Positions 22,501-29,891 of a stretch of DNA of 32,000 bases are shown here, one piece after another (within the stretch, counting starts at the first letter, position 1; every line of letters starts with the position of its first letter). Both the position numbers and the translations under genes were made by a program. The notes under the pieces are model-generated. The model was not told where the DNA came from, made no database searches, and saw nothing but the letters and a program-made list of their open reading frames with translations. This DNA comes from Candidatus Pelagibacter sp. HTCC7211 (GTDB lineage: Bacteria > Pseudomonadota > Alphaproteobacteria > Pelagibacterales > Pelagibacteraceae): NCBI RefSeq assembly GCF_000155895.1, contig NZ_DS995298.1, forward strand, positions 510,001-542,000, written 5' to 3'.

Positions 22501-22596
22501 CTAGTTCATCAATTTAAAAAGAGAAGTTAAGATACCATTACCTGATAGCTCAATGGCTAAAACAATAATAATAATTAATATTAATTTACTATTCAT
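22501..22596 (-). CDS. Possible small hydrophobic peptide (31 aa); speculative
   Basis: ATG at 22596-22594, TAG at 22503-22501. Translation: MNSKLILIIIIVLAIELSGNGILTSLFKLMN. There is no convincing RBS. It lies in an unusually long 269 nt spacer. Confidence 0.15.
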   Translation of the reverse strand: MNSKLILIIIIVLAIELSGNGILTSLFKLMN

Positions 22597-22740
22597 CTCG
22601 TAAACACATATAATAACAGAACTATCCAAATAATAGGATAGTAAATATAAATATATTTTTTAGCGAAAAGAAATGAAATTGAGTTTTGTTTTGATTTTTT
22701 TCTTTTCATTTTTTAACTATAATTGACATTATTTAGAAGC

Positions 22741-22785
22741 ACCTTTATAAAAAATTTCTTGAAGATTGTCATTTTCTTTTTTTTA
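22741..22785. repeat. Copy A of an imperfect direct repeat shared with 24486-24532
   Basis: An ungapped comparison of 22741-22777 with 24486-24522 gives 32/37 identical bases. After a 2 nt gap, 7 of the next 8 also match. On the minus strand it encodes ENDNLQEIFYKGASK*, out of frame with the end of the TPR gene. Confidence 0.7.
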
Positions 22786-24460
22786 AATTTTCGTATATTT
22801 CCAACTCAACATCGTCCCATTTATTAAAAGTTCTTTGATGAAATATTTTTAATGTTTTGTACGGATGTAATTTACTAAAAGCCCCCCATCTCCAATCAGG
22901 ATATGAATTCAAAAGTCCCCAAGTTTCTTTGTTTAGTGAAGCTGAAAGATGAAGAATTGAAGTATCTGATGAAATAATTAGATCTAAATTTTGAATAATT
23001 GCAACCATATCACTTAAGCTATAATTTCCCAGATTTTTAATTTTAGTTTTTTTAAATTGAACTAAATCTCTTTCCCAAATTTCATTCTGTAAACAATAAA
23101 AATTAACATCTAAAGAAAATATCTTACTTAATGTCTCTAGAGGTATAGATCTATAAGGTTCATTTGGACCATTAAACGAGCCAGACCATGCTATACCAAC
23201 ATTAAGCTTATCTTTATTTATGTTAAAAGGTAACTCAAATGAACTTCTATTATTAATTAAAAAATTTTCATCAATCTTTTCTTTGTAAAAAAATTTGAGC
23301 AAAGAACCCAATGAAATTTTAAAATCAAATTTTTCTTGAAAATTTTCTTCTGATATAATTTTCAAATTTGGAATATCTTTTTTAAAGATATTAAAAATAT
23401 TTTTTTGTACTAAAAAAGTTACGTTTTTTGTTAATTTCAGAAGTGGAATTAAAAATTTTGAAAATTGAATACTATCTCCAAGTCCTTGCTCATTGTAAAC
23501 AACAATAGTTTTTTGAGAAATATTTTCTCCTTTCCACTCAGCTATACTATTAAAAATATTTCTTAATTTTGAATATCTGTACTCATAATATTTCCATCCA
23601 ATTTCAAAATTTCCTTGAAAGAGAGAACGCATTCCAAGAAATTGTAAATATTCTGGGTCGTTTGACTCTATTTTTTTAAATTCATTAAGTAGATTTTGCG
23701 CTTTATCTTTTTCTCCAATTAAAAAATAAATTCTAATTAATTTTTTAAAAAATTTAAAATCTTTATTTTTATTACTCTCTAAAATTTTAATTGCATCATT
23801 TACCTGATTTTTTTGAATTAAATATTCCGCCTTGTTAAATAAAAAATGAATTGTGTTTTGATCTATATTTTTTGCTTTTTCGTAAAAAATATCTGAATTT
23901 TTTTCATCTCTTAGCTCTAAATAATTTGATAAAAGATTGTTAATTGTAACGGTATTATTTTGATCAATCTTTAAAGCATCTAAATAATACTGATTTGCAA
24001 TATTTTCTTTATTGAGTTTGCTATAGAGTACACCAATATTATTTAAAGCTTTTAATTTATCTCTACCATTAAAATTTATGCAATTTTTATAGTATTTAAT
24101 TGACTCCTCAATCTTATTATTCTGCTCTAAAGCATATCCAAGTTTGTAATTGTATGAGGGATTTGAGCTATCTATATCAATTAACTTTTTTGCATAAAGT
24201 AAAAGTTTTTTAAAATCTTTTTTTTTAAAATAAAGTTGAAAAAGATTATTTAAGGGATCAATAAATTTATCATTTTCTTTAAAAGAATTTAAAAAATTAA
24301 TCTCTGCACTTTCAAAATTATTTTGTGATAAATAAATAGCACCTTTAAAGTTTAAGATTATATATTTATTATTGTCATTTTGATAAATATCACAAAGCTT
24401 TAATGCCTGATCAAAATTTTTATTTATTATATTGTCAGCTATTTCTTTTAAATCTGACAT
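22769..24460 (-). CDS. TPR-repeat protein with a C-terminal glycosyltransferase family 9-like domain
   Basis: 563 aa. The N-terminal half contains multiple TPR-like repeats (A..Y..AL.IDP.N patterns). The C-terminal half has IVVYNEQGLGDSIQFSKF..., IAWSG...RSIPL and DLIISSDTSILHLSASL...W, typical of GT9-like domains fused to TPRs. The start lies 1 nt after the PhyH stop. Confidence 0.7.
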   Translation of the reverse strand: MSDLKEIADNIINKNFDQALKLCDIYQNDNNKYIILNFKGAIYLSQNNFESAEINFLNSFKENDKFIDPLNNLFQLYFKKKDFKKLLLYAKKLIDIDSSNPSYNYKLGYALEQNNKIEESIKYYKNCINFNGRDKLKALNNIGVLYSKLNKENIANQYYLDALKIDQNNTVTINNLLSNYLELRDEKNSDIFYEKAKNIDQNTIHFLFNKAEYLIQKNQVNDAIKILESNKNKDFKFFKKLIRIYFLIGEKDKAQNLLNEFKKIESNDPEYLQFLGMRSLFQGNFEIGWKYYEYRYSKLRNIFNSIAEWKGENISQKTIVVYNEQGLGDSIQFSKFLIPLLKLTKNVTFLVQKNIFNIFKKDIPNLKIISEENFQEKFDFKISLGSLLKFFYKEKIDENFLINNRSSFELPFNINKDKLNVGIAWSGSFNGPNEPYRSIPLETLSKIFSLDVNFYCLQNEIWERDLVQFKKTKIKNLGNYSLSDMVAIIQNLDLIISSDTSILHLSASLNKETWGLLNSYPDWRWGAFSKLHPYKTLKIFHQRTFNKWDDVELEIYENLKKRK

Positions 24461-24461
24461 T

Positions 24462-25289
24462 TTAGTATGATCCTTTTTTACTTGAACCTTTATAGAAAAT
24501 TTGTTGAAGATAATCGTTTTCTCGCTTTTTTAGTTTTATATCATCTCTATTCATTAAAGATTTAGCTCTTGAAATTTTTTCATGAAAATTAAAGTCGTCC
24601 CTACCTCTAGCTATCTGAACACTATTTTTGCCCAAAACTTGTTTAACATTACTTCCTATATAGCTTTGTATGACAAAGCCTATTCTTCGATCATCACTTT
24701 TGTTTAAATCAGAACCATGAACAACAGTTGGATGGTGCAAAGACATTTGGCCAGCTTCAAGTATCAATGGTGTAGTTTTTTCTTTTGGTACATTGTTAAT
24801 CGTTTGACCTCTCGTTAATAAATTTCCTTCGTTGAACATTTGGTCATGATCTTTTAAATTATCTTTATGTGAACCTGACCACATTCTCATACATCCGTTG
24901 TGTTCATTAGAGTCTGTTATTGCAACCCAAGCAGTTACCCAATTATGTGGCTCTAAGCCTATATATTTTGCATCCTGATGATAACTAACAAAACCTTTTT
25001 CATTTGCATTTTTGATAAAAAGAGTTGTTCCGCATACAAGTATATTATCACCAATTAAACTTTGAACAGCATCTAATATTTTAGGATGATGTGTAACTTC
25101 ATCTAATAGAGGTGAAATTAAATGAGCATTATATCTACCCGACTTATCTAATTCACCAGGCATTTCTTTTTCTATTAATTCTATTTCATTTCTAATTTCA
25201 TTTGCTTTTTCTTTTGAAAAAATATTTATTGGAGAAACAAATCCTTCATCCTCATATTGTTTAAGTTGATTTGAAGAAAGATAAGACAT
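24462..25289 (-). CDS. Phytanoyl-CoA dioxygenase (PhyH) family Fe(II)/2-oxoglutarate-dependent oxygenase
   Basis: 275 aa with N-terminus QLKQYEDEGFV, an HxD iron motif (YHQDAKY), a distal His (SLHHPTVVHGS) and an Arg (DRRIGF). Confidence 0.8.
   Translation of the reverse strand: MSYLSSNQLKQYEDEGFVSPINIFSKEKANEIRNEIELIEKEMPGELDKSGRYNAHLISPLLDEVTHHPKILDAVQSLIGDNILVCGTTLFIKNANEKGFVSYHQDAKYIGLEPHNWVTAWVAITDSNEHNGCMRMWSGSHKDNLKDHDQMFNEGNLLTRGQTINNVPKEKTTPLILEAGQMSLHHPTVVHGSDLNKSDDRRIGFVIQSYIGSNVKQVLGKNSVQIARGRDDFNFHEKISRAKSLMNRDDIKLKKRENDYLQQIFYKGSSKKGSY
24486..24532. repeat. Copy B of the direct repeat (3' end of the PhyH gene)
   Basis: See copy A. Here it is in frame and encodes ...KLKKRENDYLQQIFYKGSS... 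at the PhyH C-terminus. Confidence 0.7.
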
Positions 25290-25308
25290 ATTATTTTGAA
25301 AACTTTAT

Positions 25309-26094
25309 ATGAGCGCAACTATTTCTTCAATAAATTACTGCCCAGTTAAATCCGTATCATTTCAGACAATTGAAAATTGTATAATTAAAAAAGATATTGG
25401 AATTGTTAGTGATAGAATTTTTGCATTTGCAAAAGACCTAGATAAAGAACAGGCAAAATTATTTGAAAAAAGCCTTGATGATAGAAAAGGCAAATGGAAC
25501 AAAGTTTTAACTCTAAAAAATTCACCAGTATTAAATAAATATAATTTTATATTCAAAGATGAAAAACTAACTCTCACTTTAAAAGATAAAGAAATATTAA
25601 CCATTGATATAAACCAGTCAGAACAACGGGAAGAACTTTCAAATAAAATTTCAGAATTAGAAAGTTCTTTAAAGCAACCAATAACTTTAATGAAAAATCA
25701 TGAATTTCCTTTTTTTGATACTTCAATTTCAAACAAAGTTAATTTTGTAAATTCAGTCTCACTATTAAACATACAAAGCATCAATGATTTTAGAGAAAAA
25801 ATTGATAGGAACGTTGAAAGCTCAATATTTAGAGGAAATATTTGTATAGATGGAATTGAACCTTGGAAAGAACGTGAATGGATTGGCAAAATAATCAAGA
25901 TCAACAATGTTTCTTTTAAAGTAGAAAAAAACATTCCAAGATGTGTTGCAATTAATTTAAAACCTCAAACAGATGATAATACATTTAACTTACTTCAATT
26001 ATTAAAAAAAACTTATAATCATTTTGAAATGGGAATTTATTTAACTGCCTTAGATGATGGTGAAATAAATATTGGAGATACAATAAATATTTAG
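25309..26094 (+). CDS. MOSC domain-containing protein (YcbX-like: MOSC_N plus MOSC, no ferredoxin domain)
   Basis: 261 aa. The N-terminus ISSINYCPVKS is YcbX-like. The conserved Cys context IPRCVAINLKPQT and FRGNICIDG are present. It is divergent from the PhyH gene, with only 19 nt between the start codons. Confidence 0.7.
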   Translation: MSATISSINYCPVKSVSFQTIENCIIKKDIGIVSDRIFAFAKDLDKEQAKLFEKSLDDRKGKWNKVLTLKNSPVLNKYNFIFKDEKLTLTLKDKEILTIDINQSEQREELSNKISELESSLKQPITLMKNHEFPFFDTSISNKVNFVNSVSLLNIQSINDFREKIDRNVESSIFRGNICIDGIEPWKEREWIGKIIKINNVSFKVEKNIPRCVAINLKPQTDDNTFNLLQLLKKTYNHFEMGIYLTALDDGEINIGDTINI

Positions 26095-26195
26095 CATCAG
26101 ATTCAATTATAAGTTGATCTAGAAATTCAAGTTTATTTGCATCAAATTAGAAATCTTGTTAACCTTTGTTTATATTAAACAATGGGAGAAAGATA

Positions 26196-27041
26196 ATGAA
26201 TAAATTAATTAAATCTATTTCAGTTTTTCTTGTTATTCTTTTTAGTATTTCATCTGTTAATGCTGCAACATTAACTGATAGATTAAAAGATGGACACAAG
26301 TTAAGACTAGGTTTTGGTACTGCAGTGCCATGGGCTTACGCTGGTGATAACGGTGAAGCTTTAGGTTTTGTTAACATGATTGCGTTAACAGTCCTTGAAG
26401 AAATGGGAATTACTGAGCATGAAACTAAAGTATTTGAATGGTCAGGATTAATTCCAGGAATTAATGCTAATAGATCAGACATGATTACTGGTGGTATGTA
26501 CATTTTAAAAAGTAGATGTGCAAACATCAACTTTTCAGATCCAATTGGAGTTTTTGGAGATGCGATGTTAGTACCAAAAGGAAATCCTAAAAATATTAAC
26601 AATTATGCTGATGTAATTAGCACAGGTGCAAAACTTGTAACTGGTGCTGGTTTCAACACAGTAGAAGCTGCTAAGAAATTTGGTGTTCCAGATAGTCAAA
26701 TGTTATTAGTTGAAGGTGAAGTTGGAATTTTAGCTGCTATGAAAGCAGGTAGAGCTGACGTTGCTGTTCAAACATTCTTTGGTGCTAAAGAGCATGAAGA
26801 AAAAACAGGTGGTGCATTTGAAGTAACAGATCCAAAGTTAATGCCTATGGAAACTGTAAACGTAGTTGGTATTGGTTTTAGAAAAACTGATACTGAGTTT
26901 AGAGATAACTTTAATGCTGCTTTAGCAAAAGTTATGGCAAATCCTGCTAAGATGTTAGAAAGAGCTGGTAAATATGGCTATGATAAAGCTCAATTACCTC
27001 CTCCTGAAATGACTACTGAGTGGGCTTGTTCAACTAAATAA
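26196..27041 (+). CDS. ABC transporter periplasmic substrate-binding protein, polar amino acid family (family 3; ectoine/opine-like, not resolved)
   Basis: The ATG at 26196 is preceded by GGGAGAAAG; the TTG at 26166 in the ORF track is unlikely. Signal peptide MNKLIKSISVFLVILFSISSVNA. The size and the following two roughly 225 aa permeases plus an ATPase fit a PAAT-type system. Confidence 0.75.
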   Translation: MNKLIKSISVFLVILFSISSVNAATLTDRLKDGHKLRLGFGTAVPWAYAGDNGEALGFVNMIALTVLEEMGITEHETKVFEWSGLIPGINANRSDMITGGMYILKSRCANINFSDPIGVFGDAMLVPKGNPKNINNYADVISTGAKLVTGAGFNTVEAAKKFGVPDSQMLLVEGEVGILAAMKAGRADVAVQTFFGAKEHEEKTGGAFEVTDPKLMPMETVNVVGIGFRKTDTEFRDNFNAALAKVMANPAKMLERAGKYGYDKAQLPPPEMTTEWACSTK

Positions 27042-27059
27042 AAATATTAATTTTTAATT

Positions 27060-27096
27060 AATCAGGCGACAATAATTCGTCGCCTGATTTTTTTTT
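27060..27096 (+). terminator. Intra-operon hairpin plus T-run between the binding-protein and permease genes
   Basis: A 10-11 bp GC-containing stem pairs ATCAGGCGAC with GTCGCCTGAT, with an 8 nt loop, followed by T9. Confidence 0.7.
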
Positions 27097-27114
27097 AATC
27101 ATAAGGTTTTAAGA

Positions 27115-27786
27115 GTGAGCTATTTTGCATTTTTATCCGAACATGGTCCAACCATGTTACTTGGAACGGTTACTACTATTAAGGTATTAGTCTGCTCAAC
27201 TATTCTTTATATAATCATTTCATTAATTTTTGGATTAATGCGTTTATCAAAAAATCCACTAATTCAAGGAACAGCAACAGTATATATAGAATTTTTTAGA
27301 GGAACATCTTTGTTGGTCCAATTATTTTGGTTTTACTATGTATTGCCCTTTTTCGGACTGACACTAGAAGCATTTACCGCGGGGGTGGTTGCTATAGGAA
27401 TGAACTTCGGCGCTTATGGAGCAGAGATTGTAAGAGGTGGAATTTTAGCAGTTCCTAAGGGTCAATGGGAAGGTGCATTTGCACTAAACTTTACACCAGC
27501 AAAAAGAATGAGGAAAATAATTATACCTCAAATATTTCCAATTATATTGCCTCCTGCTGCAAATCTAACTGTAGAACTTTTAAAAGCAACTGCACTTGTT
27601 GCTTTAGTGACTGTAGTTGATTTAACATTTGAAGCGAAACAAATTAATTCAATTACTTGGCTTTCAGCCCAATGTTTTGGAACTGCACTTTTAATTTATT
27701 ATATAATTTCTAGATTTTTTCTTGTTCCGTTTTTACGATGGTTGGAAGTTTTAGCGGCTAGAAAAGTAGGAAAGGATAAAATTTAA
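27115..27786 (+). CDS. Amino acid ABC transporter permease (His/Glu/Gln/Arg/opine family)
   Basis: 223 aa with a GTG start and multiple TM segments. The EAA-like loop is ...GAEIVRGGILAVPKGQWEGAFALNFTPAKRMRKIIIPQ. Confidence 0.85.
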   Translation: MSYFAFLSEHGPTMLLGTVTTIKVLVCSTILYIIISLIFGLMRLSKNPLIQGTATVYIEFFRGTSLLVQLFWFYYVLPFFGLTLEAFTAGVVAIGMNFGAYGAEIVRGGILAVPKGQWEGAFALNFTPAKRMRKIIIPQIFPIILPPAANLTVELLKATALVALVTVVDLTFEAKQINSITWLSAQCFGTALLIYYIISRFFLVPFLRWLEVLAARKVGKDKI

Positions 27787-27787
27787 T

Positions 27788-28474
27788 ATGAATGCAGAGT
27801 GGAGATGGGATTTTGCAATAGAGATATTGCCACAAATGTTATGGGCAACTTTGAACACAATTTTAGCTGCTGGAGTTGGTTATGCTATTGCTGCAATCGT
27901 TGGATTATTATTTTTATTAGGTCAAAGAACCCCAATTAAAATAGTAAATATGTTCAATAGAGAAATTGTTGAATTTATTAGATCAACACCTCTATTAATC
28001 CAATTATTCTTTGTCTACTTTGTTCTACCTCAATTTGGAATTACATTATCAGCCTGGGTTTGTGGAATGATAACAATTGGTCTTCATTTTGGCACTTATT
28101 TATCGGAAGTATATAGAGGAGCTTTAGAAGGCGTGCCTAAAACGCAGTGGGAAGCATGTAGAGCATTGAATTTCTCCACTTTTTATACGTATAGAAAAAT
28201 TGTTTTACCTCAAGCATTTCCAATTGCAATACCAGGTATGGGAAATTATCTAGTTGGTATCTTTAAAGATACTCCATTACTATCTACTATTGGTGTTGCA
28301 GAACTATTCCATGCAGCAACTGCTGTTGGTGGATATAACTATCGTTATTTAGAGCCATATACTATAGTAGGAATAATATTTTTAACTTTATCAATTCCTG
28401 CAGCAATGTGGATTAGAAAATTAGAAAAAAATGTTAATTTAGCTCAAGGAAAAATAAAAAAAGAACAACTTTAA
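27788..28474 (+). CDS. Amino acid ABC transporter permease (second subunit)
   Basis: 228 aa. The EAA-like loop is SEVYRGALEGVPKTQWEACRALNFSTFYTYRKIVLPQ. The start lies 1 nt after the previous stop. Confidence 0.85.
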   Translation: MNAEWRWDFAIEILPQMLWATLNTILAAGVGYAIAAIVGLLFLLGQRTPIKIVNMFNREIVEFIRSTPLLIQLFFVYFVLPQFGITLSAWVCGMITIGLHFGTYLSEVYRGALEGVPKTQWEACRALNFSTFYTYRKIVLPQAFPIAIPGMGNYLVGIFKDTPLLSTIGVAELFHAATAVGGYNYRYLEPYTIVGIIFLTLSIPAAMWIRKLEKNVNLAQGKIKKEQL

Positions 28475-28475
28475 T

Positions 28476-29264
28476 ATGGAAAAAAATTCATCAGATATCA
28501 TTGTTAATTTTTCAGATGTAACAAAACAATATGGAGATTTAGTTGTTTTGGATAAATTAAATTTAGAAATTAAAAAAAATGAAATGGTCTCCATAATTGG
28601 ACCCTCTGGATCAGGAAAAACGACTGTTCTAAGAGTATTGATGACTTTAGAAAAAATAAACCAAGGGGTAATTCATTTAGATGGAGAACCTTTAACACAT
28701 ATGGAATCTGATGGTAAATTAGTTGAGGCTAGTGAAAAATATCTACGTGAGAGAAGATCAAAAATTGGAATGGTATTTCAACAATTTAATCTATTTCCTC
28801 ATATGACAGCTTTGCAAAACTGTATTGAAGCACCTATCGAAGTTTTGGGCATGAAAAAGGATGAGGCAGAGCAAAGAGCTTTAGATTTATTAGAGCTAGT
28901 TGGTTTATCTGATAAAAAAGATGAACACCCAAGTAGACTATCTGGAGGCCAGCAACAAAGAGTTGCTATTGCACGAGCATTAGCAATGAGACCTAAGGTA
29001 ATGTTATTAGATGAAATCACTTCAGCATTAGATCCTGAAGTTGTAGGAGAAGTTTTAAATGTAATTAGATCTTTAAATAAAGAACATAATTTAACAATGA
29101 TAATGGTTACTCACCAAATGGGATTTGCACGAGAAATTTCAGACAGAGTTTGTTTTTTTAATGAGGGAAAAATATTTGAACAAGGTCCACCAGAACAATT
29201 GTTTGGTAATCCACAAAATGAAAGAACCAAACAGTTCTTACACGCAGTTCTAGATGCTAATTAA
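28476..29264 (+). CDS. Amino acid ABC transporter ATP-binding protein
   Basis: 262 aa with Walker A GPSGSGKT, Q-loop, signature LSGGQQQRV, Walker B MLLDE and an H-loop (VTHQMGFA). Confidence 0.92.
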   Translation: MEKNSSDIIVNFSDVTKQYGDLVVLDKLNLEIKKNEMVSIIGPSGSGKTTVLRVLMTLEKINQGVIHLDGEPLTHMESDGKLVEASEKYLRERRSKIGMVFQQFNLFPHMTALQNCIEAPIEVLGMKKDEAEQRALDLLELVGLSDKKDEHPSRLSGGQQQRVAIARALAMRPKVMLLDEITSALDPEVVGEVLNVIRSLNKEHNLTMIMVTHQMGFAREISDRVCFFNEGKIFEQGPPEQLFGNPQNERTKQFLHAVLDAN

Positions 29265-29270
29265 TTAAGA

Positions 29271-29813
29271 TTAATCATCTGCATGAACTTTTTCATCTTT
29301 TTCATGCTTTTCTTGTGCAGCGATTGTGTATTTAGCTACGGGTCTAGCCATTAATCTTTTTAATCCAATTGGCTCAGCTGTATCTAGGCAATATCCATAA
29401 ATATCTTCTCGAATTCTTGCTAACGCTTTATCTATTTCTGAAATTAGTTTTATTTGTCTGTTAATAGCTTTCATTTCGACATTTTTATCAGTGTATGAAC
29501 TTGCTTGATCAACAATATCAGCAGAAATGCTATTATCATCCATACTACCGTTATAAAGTGCCTCATTATTTGCTTTAACTAATTCTTTTTTCCACTCAGT
29601 AAGTCTCATTCTAAAAAATACTTTATGTTTTTCGCACATATATTTTTCAGTATCTTTTGGAACATAAGTTTTAGAAATTTTTATAGGTGCTTTGGCAACT
29701 ACTTTTGGTTTACTTACAGTTTTAGGTTTTACTTTAACTGCTTTAGCTTTAACTTTTGAAACTTTAACTTTAACTTTTGAAACTTTTTTTTTAACTTTAG
29801 TAATCTTTGGCAT
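29271..29813 (-). CDS. dksA: DksA/TraR-family RNA polymerase-binding protein, zinc-finger Cys largely lost, Lys-rich N-terminal tail
   Basis: 180 aa. It aligns with E. coli DksA from about residue 48 (TYVPKDTEKYMCEKHKVFFRMRLTEWKKEL vs EPYQEKPGEEYMNEAQLAHFRRILEAWRNQL). The coiled-coil tip DxxDxA is conserved (DIVDQA). The finger region GYCLDTAEPIG...AKYTIAAQ keeps only 1 of 4 Cys. The N-terminus is MPKITKVKKKVSKVKVKVSKVKAKAVKVKPK... Confidence 0.75.
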   Translation of the reverse strand: MPKITKVKKKVSKVKVKVSKVKAKAVKVKPKTVSKPKVVAKAPIKISKTYVPKDTEKYMCEKHKVFFRMRLTEWKKELVKANNEALYNGSMDDNSISADIVDQASSYTDKNVEMKAINRQIKLISEIDKALARIREDIYGYCLDTAEPIGLKRLMARPVAKYTIAAQEKHEKDEKVHADD

Positions 29814-29891
29814 ACTTAAAATTTGAATTTTCGGAGTATATTCAGCAAATTAAGGGTGTCAAGTAAGCTAAATTAATATTAATATTTATAA

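Noticed and set aside
22658-22708. 16-codon minus-strand ORF (MKRKKIKTKLNFISFR)
   Set aside because: It is too short, has no RBS, and reads as a low-complexity poly-A/T translation.
22769-22790. Programmed -1 ribosomal frameshift on the A-rich heptamer at the end of the TPR/GT9 gene
   Set aside because: The -1 frame reads KKMTIFKKFFIKVLLNN... and does not give the conserved ENDNLQEIFYKG tail. That tail requires a +1 shift or loss of one A, so a classical -1 frameshift is not supported.
26166-26195. TTG-initiated extension of the ABC binding-protein ORF
   Set aside because: The ATG at 26196 has a good GGGAGAAAG ribosome-binding site and begins a canonical signal peptide. The extension would bury it.
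26095-26195. Repeated TAGAAAT motifs upstream of the ABC transporter, considered as a possible operator
   Set aside because: A short AT-rich heptamer repeated twice in roughly 30% GC DNA is expected by chance. No symmetry supports a binding site.
17308-29020. Other embedded ORFs: 17308-17541 and 17313-17528 (opposite pyrC), 20864-21058, 25362-25604, 25698-25934, 26336-26602, 28799-29020
   Set aside because: Same reasoning. They overlap conserved genes on the opposite strand and have no independent support.
29727-29790. 21 nt tandem repeat, considered as a possible non-coding repeat or mini-array
   Set aside because: There are only about 2-3 units and no spacers, and the repeat lies in frame within the DksA-like ORF, where it encodes a KVSKVKV heptad. 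It is a coding repeat, not a CRISPR array or satellite.
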